From: Octopus vulgaris
Taxonomy: Eukaryota
Direction of reading: 5' to 3'
Length of the DNA stretch: 64,000 bases
Assembly: GCA_951406725.2 (NCBI GenBank)
Contig: OX597822.1
Span: 59,768,001 to 59,832,000 of the forward strand
Part shown: in pieces, positions 13,828 through 27,270 of the stretch
Numbering within the stretch: position 1 is the first letter of the stretch
Layout: each line of letters begins with the position of its first letter
Notes under the pieces: generated by a model
What the model was told of the DNA's origin: nothing
What the model saw: only the letters and a program-made list of their open reading frames with translations
Databases searched by the model: none
Translations under genes and position numbers: made by a program

Positions 13828-14434
13828 ATAAGGAGTCAGTCAGAATTTGGATAATTTTTCATTTATAATGCTTTCATCCATTCGTTGGATCTCTTCAGAA
13901 TAAATTTGCTCTAAAGTTCATTGCTTTTCTTTACTTTCTCTTTTTCTCTTGTCCTGCTTTCTGTCTCTAAAAAAACAAAAATGACATCTTAAAATATCAT
14001 TAGCACCAGCTACCTACCTATAAATCACAAACCATCCCAAAATAGATTCTTTCTTCCTCCCTACTTTTCCTTTCTTTTCTCCATCCTTTCTAGCATCACC
14101 CCTCTCCTCCTCTCCCCTCGTCCTTCCCCTTTTTCTCTCTCTCCTTTTGTATTTTTTATAATCTGTATAAAATGCACATTACAGAAAATTTATTCTGAAG
14201 AGTCTCAACGCGAAATAATGAGATGTCTAAAATTCTGACTGCTGCCTTTTTCTTAATATGAAAAATCTGTATATTACTTCTAACAACCTATACATACATA
14301 CATACATACATACATACATACATACATACATACATACATACATGCATACATACATACATACATACATACATACATACATACATACATACATACATACATA
14401 CATACATACATACATACATACATACATACATAAA

Positions 14435-14960
14435 CTCATACTCTATAATGAAATCCGTCGGCAGGATAATTCCGAGGACAAACAAATAACCCACAATGTG
14501 ATAGAAGCCGTAGCTACTCATGATAAAAAGGAATACTGGTGGAATGTCCCAGTGAAGACCTCAGTAAAATATAAGCACAACAGACCTGTCATAATGATTT
14601 GGGATAGAGAAGAGAGTTGTGAAAATTAGTTGCCCAGCGGATGTTAAAATAAAGTGAAAAAGAGAACTATTGCTGAACTATTGAGAAATCTGCAGTTACT
14701 CTATCCAGATTACAAGTTCAAGTTTATACCTGCAATTATTGGGGCCCTGGGATATGTAACACACTGCCTAAATGCCAATCTTGACAAATTAGGTTTCTCA
14801 AAACCAGAAAGGAGAAAGCTAATTCGAACACTACAGATCCAATCCATCAATTGAACTGTAAAAATCTGTAAAACTTGCCAGTATTTTATCATTTAAATAT
14901 ATATGAGAATGTGTAGATATGCAACTATATGTATGAGAATACATACATAAAACATACAAA
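14435..14960 (+). mobile_element. RLE-domain LINE 3' fragment (R4/Dong-like)
   Basis: WWNVPVKT..KHNRPVIMIWD and IPAIIGALG motifs. Preceded by a (TACA)n tract. Confidence 0.65.
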
Positions 14961-15007
14961 TCTTAACAAAATTCCTACTGTAGGTTAGAATGTTAAGTGC
15001 ATATAAG

Positions 15008-15059
<52 letters not shown>

Positions 15060-16099
15060 TTTATATTTAAGGAACAAAAGTATTCAATAATGAAAGAACT
15101 TAAATAATTATTTCATCAAAATCTTTCAAGAACTCACGTTTTATTTGAAATGTCAATCTTGAATATATCCAAGATTTTTACTAAATTGCCCTTTAGAATT
15201 ATTAGGAGACGTAAATATCAGTACTCCTATTCTTTAGTTTTCTATATTTTTTAAAGATTTCAAACATTTTTACATACCTTATCATTCCTTAATTTTATTA
15301 TAATTTCCAAATGGCTTAATTTTTTTTTCATTCTGAAAATCAGTGAACGTCAACGCCCATAAAAATCAGTGAATGGAAGATATGGTAAAAATAAAAGCAA
15401 AGAACCTTATTTGCCATAAGGAATGTATGATATAACGTATATTCAATCTTGTTTTCCATGCAAGATGAGTAAAAAGGATAGCATATAACAGACAACGTTA
15501 GAGGTACTCTGCTGATGTTCTACATCTTCTTCAATTATAATGTTGAATCCTAATATTCTCAGTACCCTTTTTATATTATCCTTAGTATGTTAGTGACATC
15601 ACTGGCTCTTACTCGTTCACAGTGAACTATTTCCATTTTAGTAGTATTCCATCTTCCTATTTTTACACTACAACCAGAGCCTAGCTAGAACTGGTTGTAC
15701 CCGTCCGCGCCAACACATTTTTAAGTTTCGCACCTTTGGCGCAAGTAATTTTGCTGAATGAATATTTCCTGTATTTATTTTTGCCGTAAACAATTTTGCT
15801 AAAAGTGCTTTCGTTGTCAATATATTTGCAGTAAGAATTTTTGACGAGTTTTTATTTATTTAAATATTTTAAACGACAACATAAGCATTTTGTTTGAACT
15901 TCAGTCCGTTTGTTTGTCAAATTAGGATGAATGTAACCACAAACACCGTGCATTAGCCAATAACTTTTCAAAACTTTTATTAATTCGTTCACAGATTTCT
16001 TTATTTCTATTATCTTTTTTTTTTTTAATTAATAAGCATTGCACTTTATTTCTGACAAACACTGCGAATGAAGTTGTAAATTTATATGTTACTGTTTAA

Positions 16100-16322
16100 G
16101 CCGGCAGAAACGTTAGCGCGCCGGGCGAAATGCTTACTGGTATTTCGTCTGTCGTTACGTTCTGAGTTCAAATTCCGCCGAGGTCGACTTTGCCTTTCAT
16201 CCTTTCACGGTCGATAAATAAAATACCAGTTTCGCACTGGGGTCGATGTAATCGACTTAATCCCTTTGTCTGACCTTGTTTGTCCCCCTCTATGTTTAGC
16301 CCCTTCTGGGCAGTAAAGAAAT
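16100..16322 (+). mobile_element. SINE family B with 17-bp TSD
   Basis: tatatgttactgtttaa flanks both sides. B-box-like gagttcaaattcc. Confidence 0.85.
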
Positions 16323-16589
16323 ATATATGTTACTGTTTAAATATTTCTGAATATACTCCCACTAACTCATGCTAATAATTCAGTTGACTTAAAAGTTTTG
16401 TAGTAACGTGTGAGGAAATGCGAATGACTACTTACATGTATAATAGTGAGTTTTAATAAAACTTTATGGCAATACGAATAGGGAATAAAGCAGAATAAAA
16501 TGAGGCGTCGCAGACGAAGATGTCTAATATTTTGTTTTTAATATTCGAATATTTCGGAATAAAAAGAATCCTTTGTTCAGGTAGCCTGA

Positions 16590-17700
16590 GAAGGGTTCTC
16601 CGAGTCAGCTCATAGTCAACACGATCTGTCAAATGAGCCAATTGTCACCACATCGTCTGCAAATATATTCCAACTGCTCCTTCACCCACCGACTGTGAAA
16701 CCACTTCCCCCACGGCTGCGCATGTTAATCCATTTCATAAAAATTATGAACAGAAATGGTGACAATACAAAACCTTGCCAAAGTCCAACACCCACATTGA
16801 AAAGTTTCAACTTTGCACCATTTACCCGAAAACAAAGATACGGGCATTCGTATAGGAACATCACTACAAGCAAGTGTTGCCCATAAGTCTTGTAAAACCC
16901 TGAATTACATATCCCATGTCGGCGGTAATATGCCTTTTCATTGTCTTCAGAGGAAGCGTAAAGTTCTTGGCAATATTCTCACAATTTCTCAGAGATCTAC
17001 CATAGAGTGAATATATGATCGGTTGTGCTGCGTCTAAAACGGAAGCCACACTTTTCTTCAGCAACCTTGGGCTCGACAATTTTTCTTCATCTCTTTTTTC
17101 CAGACATCTTGTGTAGACGTTAACGGGGTAGCTCAATTAGAAAATTCAGCTATAATTAGAGCACGATTTCATACCTCCCTTTCTAAAAGTTGTGATTATC
17201 ACCTCGAGTTGTCATTGCTTTGGTGCTTTGCCAGAGGTCCAAGTCATTTGTTATACATGAATCTGCCAGAGAATACCTATTTCTTTATTACCCACAAGGG
17301 GCTAAACACAGAGGGGACAAACAAGGACAGACATAGGTATTAAGTCGATTACATCGACCCCAGTGCGTAACTGGTACTTAATTTATCGACTCCGAAAGGA
17401 TGAAAGGCAAAGTCGACCTCGGTGGAATTTGAACTCACAACGTAACGCAGACGAAATACCGCTAAGCATTTCGCCCGGCGTGCTAACGTTTCTGCCAGAG
17501 AATACCTTCTTCATTTAAGGTTTTTAACATTTCAGGCCGATTTTCATCCTCACAATCGGCCTGGCCACATTTGAGCTCTTTGATAACTGCTATGACTTCA
17601 ACATCAGTGAGGTTAGTCTTTGCTCCTAGATGAACCTTGTGTCTAATTTGAAATTACAAGTAAAGTCAGCTAGGTCACTCACAACCGAATATGTACGTGG
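16590..17700 (-). mobile_element. RTE-clade RT remnant interrupted by a SINE
   Basis: FNVGVGLWQGFVLSPFLFIIFM followed by a frameshifted FADD-like motif. A SINE sits at 17279-17498. Confidence 0.6.
17279..17498 (-). mobile_element. SINE family B with TSD
   Basis: ctgccagagaatacct duplicated on both sides. Confidence 0.85.
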
Positions 17701-17904
17701 CTGGAACTCATTTATGATGGAGTAGAATGGAGACGTGTGAAATGAAATACATACATCACTAAAAATTGGCTCTATTTAGTGGCGTATAATCTGTTTCTAC
17801 CTTCTTCAGCACTAACCATTTGCTGCATTTAGGAAATTACACTGAGTACTTAGCCTTCCAGTGGTGAATAAAATGTATATCAGTCGTTAGACTGAGAACA
17901 GTTT

Positions 17905-18095
17905 ATAAGGGCCGGTTTCATGGCGAATATATTTTCCACCAGTCCGTCGCAAGTTTACTTATTTTTGTCAGCTGAGTGGACTGGAGCAACGTGAAATGAA
18001 GTGTTTTGCTTAAGAAAACAACGCGTCGTCCAGTCCAGAAATCGAAACCACAATCTTACGTTTATGAGTCCAACACCCTAACCACTAAGCCACAC
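17905..18095 (-). mobile_element. tRNA-headed SINE fragment
   Basis: tggcttagtggttagggtgttggactc...ggtttcgatttc head. Shares the gcgacggac/gaaaccggccc tail with family C. Confidence 0.6.
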
Positions 18096-18560
18096 GAATG
18101 GATAACCAATATTTGTTAGATTGCGATTCTGCCCTGAACTGCATTGGAGTAACTTGCCTACATTTGCTACATTGCCTTCGGCTCTAGATCGTATGTGAGG
18201 GCTTTCCCTGCACTTACTACTTTGTCATCAGTCCTGGCGTCTATGCAAGTGGATTATATATACTTTATGCATCTGTTTCGGCCAGGAACTACTAGTGAGT
18301 AGATAAAGCTAACTTTTATCTTTTAATTTTTCACTTGTTTCGGTCATTGAACAGCTGCCATACTGGAGGACCATATTGAAAGAGTTTAGCCGAACGAATT
18401 GCCCCTGGAGTTTTTTTTTAAACATTTGATATTTATCATATTGAACCCTTTTGCTGAGCCGCTAATTTACGTGGTCGCATGCAAACCAATATCGATTATC
18501 AAGCGGTGGTGGAGGACTAACACAAAGACCTACACGCTTAGAGCTTAGATGCATACACAG

Positions 18561-18637
<77 letters not shown>

Positions 18638-18640
<3 letters not shown>

Positions 18641-18830
18641 GTGGTGATGCCGAAAAGTTCCTGGTTTTAAGAGCATCGTGAAAAGCCTGGTTGCAGGCCC
18701 AAACTTCCGAGTTCTTTTATAGGGCTTAGAAAAACTGAAGGACCTCTGCAATATGTGTGTGAATCTGAAGAGGGGGATAAACTGACCCTCCTGTATTTTC
18801 TTTAGCCCGAACCCGGGAACATTTCCGCCC
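18638..18830 (+). mobile_element. Mariner-derived MITE
   Basis: Imperfect TIRs (gccgaaaagttcctgg / ccgggaacatttccgc). Internal GLEKLKDLCNMCVNL resembles a mariner C-terminus. Confidence 0.5.
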
Positions 18831-19790
18831 AGGGCAGGTTTTCTCTCTTCATTCTTCTGCTTCTAATGGTATTCACTCGTCAGCTCTCTTCACCTAAACC
18901 CACCCTTACATACATTCACACATACCTCACACATTTCCCTTCTTTTATTACCCCCTTTCCTCCACCTCCACACCTGTACACCTCCATCCCACCTCGCCGT
19001 TCCATGTATCCCCTCACAAAACATGCATATACTCTGGATGGCGTTACACGGATATACAAACAACCCTACTTATATGCACAAACGCAGAACATCACACACA
19101 CATGAACTCCGTATATACACATAGCTTATTCAACAGCCCCGTTCACACACACATCGGCTGATAACAGTGACTACACTCACTCACAAGCATACACACGCAT
19201 ATACATACAATATTCATGCATAAACACATAAAACACATGCGCAAAGCAAGCGTAAACACATGCAATATTCACGCATAAGCGCACAGAATACACACGCACA
19301 CTACAGTGTCACACATGCATACTTGATGTACAAACATACACAAGCACAAACACACACACGCACACACAAACACGCTACTCGCACACGCATATATTAGCAG
19401 CTACATCCATGCACCTGCATACACACACATCTGATAAACCTCACACACACATACTATACATAGCCTCACACATTCCCACAAAAACAATGCGTCCACACAT
19501 ACACATAATCACTTCACACAGCGCACGTACTTGTTTACTTATACACATCCACACACACGTTTCCATACACGCATAATACACATTAACACGCTTCCATACA
19601 CGCATACATATACACACAGAGGCTTACATAGCTTTATACTCAACCACACATACATCACGCTCACCCAGTCTCACACATATACACTCATACACACTATCTT
19701 CATAAACACACTCGTGCTTGCACGCCCCAGTTTATCCGGGTCACTATTTTCACCACTTCTACTGGCCAAATCCTTCCGGTCTTCAGAAAT
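18830..19790 (+). mobile_element. Possible Penelope 3' end (GIY-YIG tail plus degenerate CA-rich UTR)
   Basis: SLHSSASNGIHSSALFT* resembles the LxTxxPxGxN terminus of PLE GIY-YIG, followed by ~800 bp of degenerate CA-rich sequence. Confidence 0.3.
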
Positions 19791-19832
19791 GTGGAACTAT
19801 TAATACTGACACGTTTTCTCTTTCTCCCTATT

Positions 19833-19898
<66 letters not shown>

Positions 19899-20193
19899 TC
19901 TATTGAACGAAAACACTTAAAGCTCCACGAAGCTCCAGCAGGGGGTGGTGTCGAACCCTGGTGTACTCTTTCACCACAACTTCCTCTCACTCTTCTTCCT
20001 GTTTCTGTTGTACATGTATTTCAAAGGTGCCAGCCTTGTCACTCTGTGTCACGCTGAATCTCCCCGAGAACTACGTTAAAGGTACACGTGTCTGTGGAAT
20101 GCTAAGCCACTTGCAGGCTGATTTCACGAGCAGACTGTTCCGTTGATTGCATCAACTGGAACCTTCATCATCGTAACCGACAGAGTACCGTAG

Positions 20194-20240
<47 letters not shown>

Positions 20241-20309
20241 GGATAATAAAACGAATGGTTTACACCTGGTAGCTTACTCTAGTAGAGCACAGTCACTTTC
20301 GCAGTGTAT

Positions 20310-20389
<80 letters not shown>

Positions 20390-20391
<2 letters not shown>

Positions 20392-20637
20392 AAATGTAAA
20401 AAATTACTGTTAACAAAGACTGCATGGCGTTCAATTATTAAATTTTAAAAATATACGTTAAGAACAGGACATCACCAACGAGCGAAAAATACGAAATAGC
20501 GAGAGACAAGTGCGGGATACTTGTCTCTCGTTGTGTGTTTACGTATTTTTCGCTCGTTGGTGATGTCCTATCCTTAACGTATATTTTCTTAATTTAATAA
20601 TTGAGCGCCATGTTAACGGTAAATGTTTACATTTATA
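20390..20637. repeat. Imperfect foldback palindrome in (TA)n
   Basis: ~120-bp arms around the 7-nt loop gcgggat (20512-20518). Confidence 0.9.
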
Positions 20638-20641
20638 TATA

Positions 20642-20685
<44 letters not shown>

Positions 20686-21046
20686 GCCTACGTACATCCT
20701 AAAGATATACATCCTGAAGATGAAATGAATATCATGACTGGAAAAGTTGATTGCGGTTTACTTTGCTATAAGCACGTACAATAGAAAATATTGTAGAAAA
20801 GATATTCTGTTATATGGACGAAACGCTCTAATACTTCTAACCGAATTAAGAGTAAAGACAATGTAGCAAGCGAAGATAAGTCACTCACATTTCAAGGCCG
20901 AAGACAATGTAGCAAATAGGGTGGCTGTGTGGTAAGAAGTTTGCTTCCCAACTACATAGTTCTAGGTTCAGTCCCACCGCGTGGTACCTTGGTCAAGCGT
21001 CTTCTACTAAGCCTCGTGACATGAGTGGAAACTGAGAGAAGACCAT

Positions 21047-21088
<42 letters not shown>

Positions 21089-21179
21089 CGCTTGTGTGTG
21101 CGTGTATACATGTCTATTTGTGAATTAAGGCTACCATTTGGTTTCATGTTAAGAAAAGTAGTAAAATATCCCAGTGTCT

Positions 21180-22880
21180 TGACACAACAAATTAGTATCA
21201 GACAACATAACTAAAACATACAAGAAAACAAGCCCCACCACTTACAATTCAATTTATGTAGAAGCAAAAAGATTCACTACAAAGTTTAAAATAGGAGACA
21301 ATGTAGAAAAGCTTATCCCACGAAATCCTTTTATAACCCTGAAAGACCATAAAAATAACTTCACACAGAATTCTACCTGTAGATTAATAAATCCCGCAGA
21401 AAGCAAAGTAGGAATTACAAGTAAATCCATATTAGATAATATTATACGACATATCAAAGCACACTCAAATCTTACTCAATGGATATGCAGTAGTGCAACT
21501 ATTGAATGGTTTAAGAAAATAGAAGATAAACCCAAATGCAAATTTATACAATTCGACATCGTAGAGCTCTACCCCCTCGATCTCTAAAAGCTTGCTTCAT
21601 AAGGCACTTGAATTTAGTAACGCATACATCACTATAACAAATACTGGTATAGATATAATCATGAACGTAAGGATGTCGTTGTTCTTTCATGATAATTCCT
21701 ATTGGGTAAAAAAGAATGGAGACGAATTATTTGATGTAGTAATGGGGAGCTACTTCAGAGCAGAGAGAGCTGAACTTGTTGGCCATTATATCCTAGATAT
21801 CCTTAAAAAAGAAATTAAAGAAGCTACCATAGGTTTATATAGGGACGATGGCCTGGGAGTAGTATACAATAAAAACGGACATAAATTGAATAGAAAAAAG
21901 GAAAGGGTTATGGAAAATATTTAGCCAATTAGGCCTAATAACCACAATTAGTACCAACCTTAAGGAAGTCAACTTCCTAGATATTAACATGAACTTTAAC
22001 ACAGGAAAATGTAAGCACTACTACAATCCAAACGAGGAAGCCTCGTACATAGATATAGGTTCCGGCCACCCACCCGCAGTAATAAATCAAATAGTTAACA
22101 ACATTATCAGGCGCGTCTCCAATTTATCCACCGACAAAGACACTTTTGAAAAAGCCACTCCATACTATAATGCTGCATTAGAAGGGTCAAACTTTAAGAA
22201 CAGCATATACTACAGTGAACCAAATATAAATAGACCAAGAAGACGCAGAGGAAAATCTTATCGTTTAACCTACCTTATAGTATGAAAGTAGCTATTAACA
22301 TAACTAGGAAATTCTTAAAATTAAAAGACACCCACTTTCCACATTCATGCAAAACCACCAGATATTCAATAGAAATACAGTTAAAGTTAGTTATAGTTGC
22401 CTACCCAATATAGGGTCAATAATACTCAATCACAATGAATATAAACACACCAGAAACACCCTCGAAAGACAGAGCAACTGTAAATCCCAAAAGCGAGAAA
22501 GAACTCGTAAACAAGGCCAGATCTCGGGCCCTAACGAAGTAGCAAAGACGTATATATCAGATTGACGGGTAACTCGTTCATGGAAAGGTATACACAACAC
22601 CTGGCGTGGTTCAGAAGCAAAGGTACAAGAAACGTGCAACATCCCTGTCAAATATAATATGGACATTGAAAGAAGGCGAAATAAGCAACCCCCAGAGAGA
22701 ATGGAAAATTATTGCTAAAGCCAAAATCACAGCGGACGGGATACCAAATGTGAACTCTGTATTACTGAAAACCAACCATTAATCAATCAACAAAATAACA
22801 TCCTAAACTTTAGGGAAGAAGTATTCTCTCTCTGCATACACAAGCAATATTTTACACTGAAATACTTCAAAGAGCCACCA
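21180..22880 (+). mobile_element. Decayed Penelope-like element of Naiad type (RT + C-terminal GIY-YIG)
   Basis: FITLKDHK..CRLINPA, FIQFDIVELYPSI, FDVVMGSY, GLYRDDGL, NFLDI, HPPAVI and IFNRNTVKVSYSC, then YIRLTGNSFMERYTQH..TSLSNIIWTLK..CELCITE..LNFREE..CIHK across frameshifts. Confidence 0.85.
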
Positions 22881-23348
22881 TCTGTAACGGTAATCCCTGT
22901 AGGTAATCCCTTTCTTGAACGTGAAATTTGAACATACATAGCACATAAAACTCCACATACAGAAGAAATAATCCCCAATGACGAATTATTTCAGTACACA
23001 AGTATAAGAACAGCACACCTCGAAAAAACAAAATAATGCAGACAAATTGACCGCAAACAGTTTACTCGAAGGACAAATCCAAGGGAGACAAACATTCAAA
23101 AGGTGTCACTCAAGAGTAACATCCCTTGATCCATTGTTTTATTCATGAGAATTCACGAGAATCTCCGAGAAGTAAGCGAGGCTGTGTTTTCCGAAATAGA
23201 GGAGATCCATATGACCGGTTTGAAAACTTGTTAATACACTAGAATATTTTCCTACTTTTTCTACATGAAACCAATGGTAGCCTTCATTCACAAATAAAGA
23301 AATCACATCTACCAACGCGGTATTGAGCACTCATTTTCCTCATACGAC

Positions 23349-23582
23349 ATTCTGGGACCTTTTGAGCGGGTTGGGTTACACGACCTGAAGAAATTTCTAA
23401 CTGGGCCCCACCTACAAGGTCATGTGCTGTTTATCTGGATATGAGATCACTATGTCGCGCACATATGGTTGTGATGCATGTGCCGGGTGTACCTTTATCA
23501 AAAGGGTGGTCATGATAGGTATATTGAGCTTCATATATTTTACCTCAGTGTCACTTTGATGGCATGCTCTGCTCTCTCACTC
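23349..23582 (+). mobile_element. 5'-truncated copy of the same non-coding retroposon
   Basis: Reverse complement of ~28935-29170. Ends ...ctctctcactc followed by a short taataat, immediately before the Dong fragment. Confidence 0.7.
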
Positions 23583-23596
23583 GACATTAATAATGA

Positions 23597-24706
23597 TAAG
23601 GCGAACGTACGCAGGCTCTATATGAAGAGGTGTAAAAGTGGACGTGGGCTGATTAGTGTACGGGTGTGCATCAACAGTGAAAGAAGGAACATAGCAGAAT
23701 ATTTGGTAAATAGAAAACAGGACCTGCTACAGCATGCTACTGATGGAGAAGGATTTACCAAATATAGACTTCAGAGTGCAAATGATTTCCGATCACGAAT
23801 AGCGAACAAGAGAGAAGAAACACTACTCAGCATGGAATTACATGGTCACTTCTACTGTGGAACTAACAGCCTAAAGGACCTGGAAGCATCATGGAGGTGG
23901 TTCAGCTATTGTGACATAAGAGAGAATACTGAAAGCCTACTCATCGCTGCCCAGAATCAGGCATTGAATACCAACACTGTGAAAAGGGATATATGCCACA
24001 CAAGTGCTACAAACCTCTGCAGAATGTGTGGGAAAAAACTCGAAAGCGTGACTCACATTGTTAGTGCTTATGAAAGTCTTGCGCAGAAAGAGTACACGCA
24101 CAGACGTGGCAAAATAGCCTAAAGCCTTCACTGGCTACTATACCGGAAGTATGGATACGAGATAACGGGTGTTTGATACCAACATACACCGGAAAAGGTA
24201 ATGGACGAAGAGGGGAAAGCAAAACTTCTCTGGGACTTAGACTTCCAGACAGACTAGGTGTTAGAGTACCGAAGGCTGAATATAGTAACTTTTAGGAGAG
24301 AGAAACAAGAGTGCCTAATAATCGACATGCCAGTGCTAGGAGATCAACATATCATGAAAGAAAAAAGATTGTTAAATATGGAAACCTGAGAATTGAGATC
24401 GCCAAGATGTGGCAGCTACGAGAGTTAAACTTAAAAGTTGTTTTCATTGTCATCGGAGCATTGGGTTCAATACCACCCAACCTGAAGAAGCATCGCGAAA
24501 CGTAGAAATACGCTATAATATAGACGTATTGCAAAAATCGGCATTACTTGGATTTGCATGAATATTGCGTAAAGTACTGTCTGCCCGAGGTCCTTGTTGT
24601 GTCTTGACAGACGGTACAAACCCCTAGAAGACACAATATCTTCAACCTTCAAGCACTAACAATGTGAGTCACATTACGATATTAGATATTGTGGGACATA
24701 TTAAAT

Positions 24707-24710
<4 letters not shown>
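23597..24710 (+). mobile_element. Third R4/Dong-type LINE fragment (3' portion)
   Basis: RLYMKR..GRGLI, TESLLIAAQNQALNT, CRMCGKKLESVTHIVS and IVIGALG. Ends in (TAA)n at ~24708. Confidence 0.85.
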
Positions 24711-24792
<82 letters not shown>

Positions 24793-24811
24793 CGACGACG
24801 ACGACGACGAC

Positions 24812-24848
<37 letters not shown>

Positions 24849-25099
24849 GTGATGATTTCTTTTCTTGGTCAAAGGCCCAAGACACAGAGGACGAATTGCC
24901 AATTCACAAAAGGTGGTGTTTATATCGATCAAAAAGAAATCAGTTACAATAAAGATATAACAAAAGATACAACATAAGAAATAATTCAAAATTATCAAAT
25001 AAGTTCAACAAGTAAAAGTATCCCCCAATGGGAATATTTTCTTCCAATAACACTTGGACTGTTTTAAGTAATAATCTAATGCGTGTAGCGTGTAGATGA

Positions 25100-25700
25100 A
25101 CTTGATGAGAGGTTTGCCTGATAGGACACTGCCAGCCTTCAAACCATTCCAATGAGTCTAACACAGAGTTTCTCGCCACAACAACCAAGTAGAGAAAAGT
25201 TTGTCTCGCTTCCTTGCCAAAGGAAGGTAGTGCGTCGATCTACACTGTAGACACGGCAGACACCTGAAATCGTCTTACACGGGACCGTGGCTGTTCGAGA
25301 CGAGCCCACAAATCACTAATGCACAAACACTGAATGCTAGTGTGTAGAACAGTTTGATCCCCTGTATGCATCACCGATATGTTCTATCGACATTTCATTT
25401 CCTGGAGAGGTTAGCTGGAACAGGCTATGTTCTCTTGTTGTACTGTCAGAGCTAGGACGTTTGCAAGTTGTCTATAACCCTCAGCTGAAAGTCTTCTAGA
25501 AGAGTCTGCTCAGACTGTTCTCGCCGATATCCAGAATGAATCCCAAATCAAACTTTGCTCTTACCCTCAAATGATACTCTATGGAAGTCTTGTGTTATTT
25601 TCCTGCAAACAGCTTTGTCCAGCTGGTACTGAGCTGTAAAGGCCTGACAGTGGTCTACATGCCAAACTAGTGTTGATCTATGGTTAATACAGGATTGCAG
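25100..25700 (-). mobile_element. L1/Tx1-like LINE C-terminal remnant
   Basis: Minus-strand translation CIQGDQTVLHTSIQCLCISDLW resembles the C..ET..H...C....W zinc knuckle of L1/Tx1 ORF2. Confidence 0.4.
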
Positions 25701-25959
25701 CTCGATCAAGGAAAAGAGCTACAAATAGATGTGTCGCACGTTAGACCCCCAAACTAGTTTGTTCTCGTTTTCGTCGTCGTCATTGACATCATTGCAGCGA
25801 AACGAATATTTTTACACATGCATCTGCTTCACGCTGTGTGGGTGCAGCATCAAGGATGGTGTGTTGGGACTACCACGAAGTGGGCAGTTCCGATTTATGC
25901 GTACTCATGTACATGTCTAGTGTTATTGCAGTATAGTATTGATCTCTTCTATATTAGAA

Positions 25960-26700
25960 GTGTTGACACCATGACAGCCATCGGTTTATATCTGGACAAC
26001 CTCAAGTTGCAGGATGCAGATAATAAATAAATGGAAACACTAATGGTGACAACACACAGCTTGCTGAAGGAAAATATGGAATTCGGTTGAGAAAAATGAA
26101 CCAACATGATTTGAAGAGTGGAACAATAATACCATGTAAGATAAAGAACCAGAGCTAAAGAATTAAGAATCCATAAATTGGACAAAGTACATTATCTAGT
26201 TCATCTACACGCATTAGATTATTACTTAAAACAGTCCAATGGCAACAATATGCTAATAAACATCAATACTCATGCTGTCGCTGTAATAAGATAGTTATAG
26301 TATTCTCACCTGAATGCTAATCGTAGTAACCAAACTGAGTAGAGCGGCAAGGAAAATAATTGCATTTAAAGCACATCACTCCAAATCAGGCATAGAAAGA
26401 TTTCTTCAAGAAAGTCAAAAATTATAAAAGAGAAGTCAAAAAGAGAAATGATTGTGAGAAAAAAATAAAGGGAAAAAATAACAGAAATTTTGAGAAATCT
26501 ATAAACTAAGCAAAAAATGTAATTATATTTAAAAATGACGACAAACCGCCTCTCAATTTTAACATCTGAAAAAATTTAACAAGGTGGAAATTGACAAAGG
26601 AAATCGTAGAATTGGCTAGAAAGCGTAGGCTTGAAATCTAAGACTGAATCCTGATTGAAGCACAGAACCAATACTTTCTGACTAGGAATACCAAAGGTAG
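25960..26700 (+). mobile_element. Highly decayed R4/Dong-type RT remnant
   Basis: LYLDNLKL (~YMDDLKL), MEFG*EK, RIRLLLKT and LKSKTESLI(E)AQNQ..LTRN motifs in broken frames. Confidence 0.55.
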
Positions 26701-26850
26701 ATTACATTATATAACTACAGGATGTATGAAGTTCTGTCTACGCTGAATATCCAAGTTACAGATTTGTGACCTGTATAGCTGACTGGTTGGAGACTGTGGG
26801 CTGCATATATTATTTCAATCCCTTTATCTGACAAATATTCTATATAGATA

Positions 26851-27021
26851 GGTGCAGGAGTGGCTGTGTGGTAAGTAGCTTGCTTACCAACCACATGGTT
26901 CCGGGTTCAGTCCCACTGCGTGGCATCTTGGGCAAGTGTCTTCTGCTATAGCCCCGGGCCGACCAATGCCTTGTGAGTGGATTTGGTAGACGGAAACTGA
27001 AAGAAGCCTGTCGTATATATG

Positions 27022-27052
<31 letters not shown>

Positions 27053-27270
27053 TTGTGTATCTGTGTTTATCCCCCTAGCATTGCTTGACAACCAATGCTG
27101 GTGTGTTTATGTCCCTGTCACTTAGCGGTTTCGGCAAAAAGAGACCGATAGAATAAGTACTGGGCTTACAAAGAATAAGTCCCGGGGTCGAGTTGCTCGA
27201 CTAAAGGTGGTGCTCCAGCATGGCCGCAGTCAAATGACTGAAACAAGTAAAAGAGAAAAGAGAAAAGAGA
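26851..27270 (+). mobile_element. SINE family A, full length (tRNA-like head, internal TA/TG microsatellite, AAGAG tail)
   Basis: A-box-like tggctgtgtggt and B-box-like ggttcagtcc. Related copies at 42606, 9966, 2529(-), 20918, 18325(-) and 1853. Confidence 0.85.

Noticed and set aside
13219-13868. Five overlapping Arg/Ala/Pro-rich ORFs suggesting a GC-rich gene or horizontal transfer
   Set aside because: Open frames follow from high GC content, and the segment is better explained as an 18S V4 fragment.
14170-14240. CTGAAGA plus a GTCTCA/TGAGAT stem resembling a hammerhead
   Set aside because: The GAAA after stem II is missing and stem I is offset; at best a dead relic.
20720-20780. Possible SECIS element next to the Naiad copy
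   Set aside because: The ATGA..AA..GA spacing does not give a plausible helix II, and the ORF is too decayed to read TGA codons as Sec.
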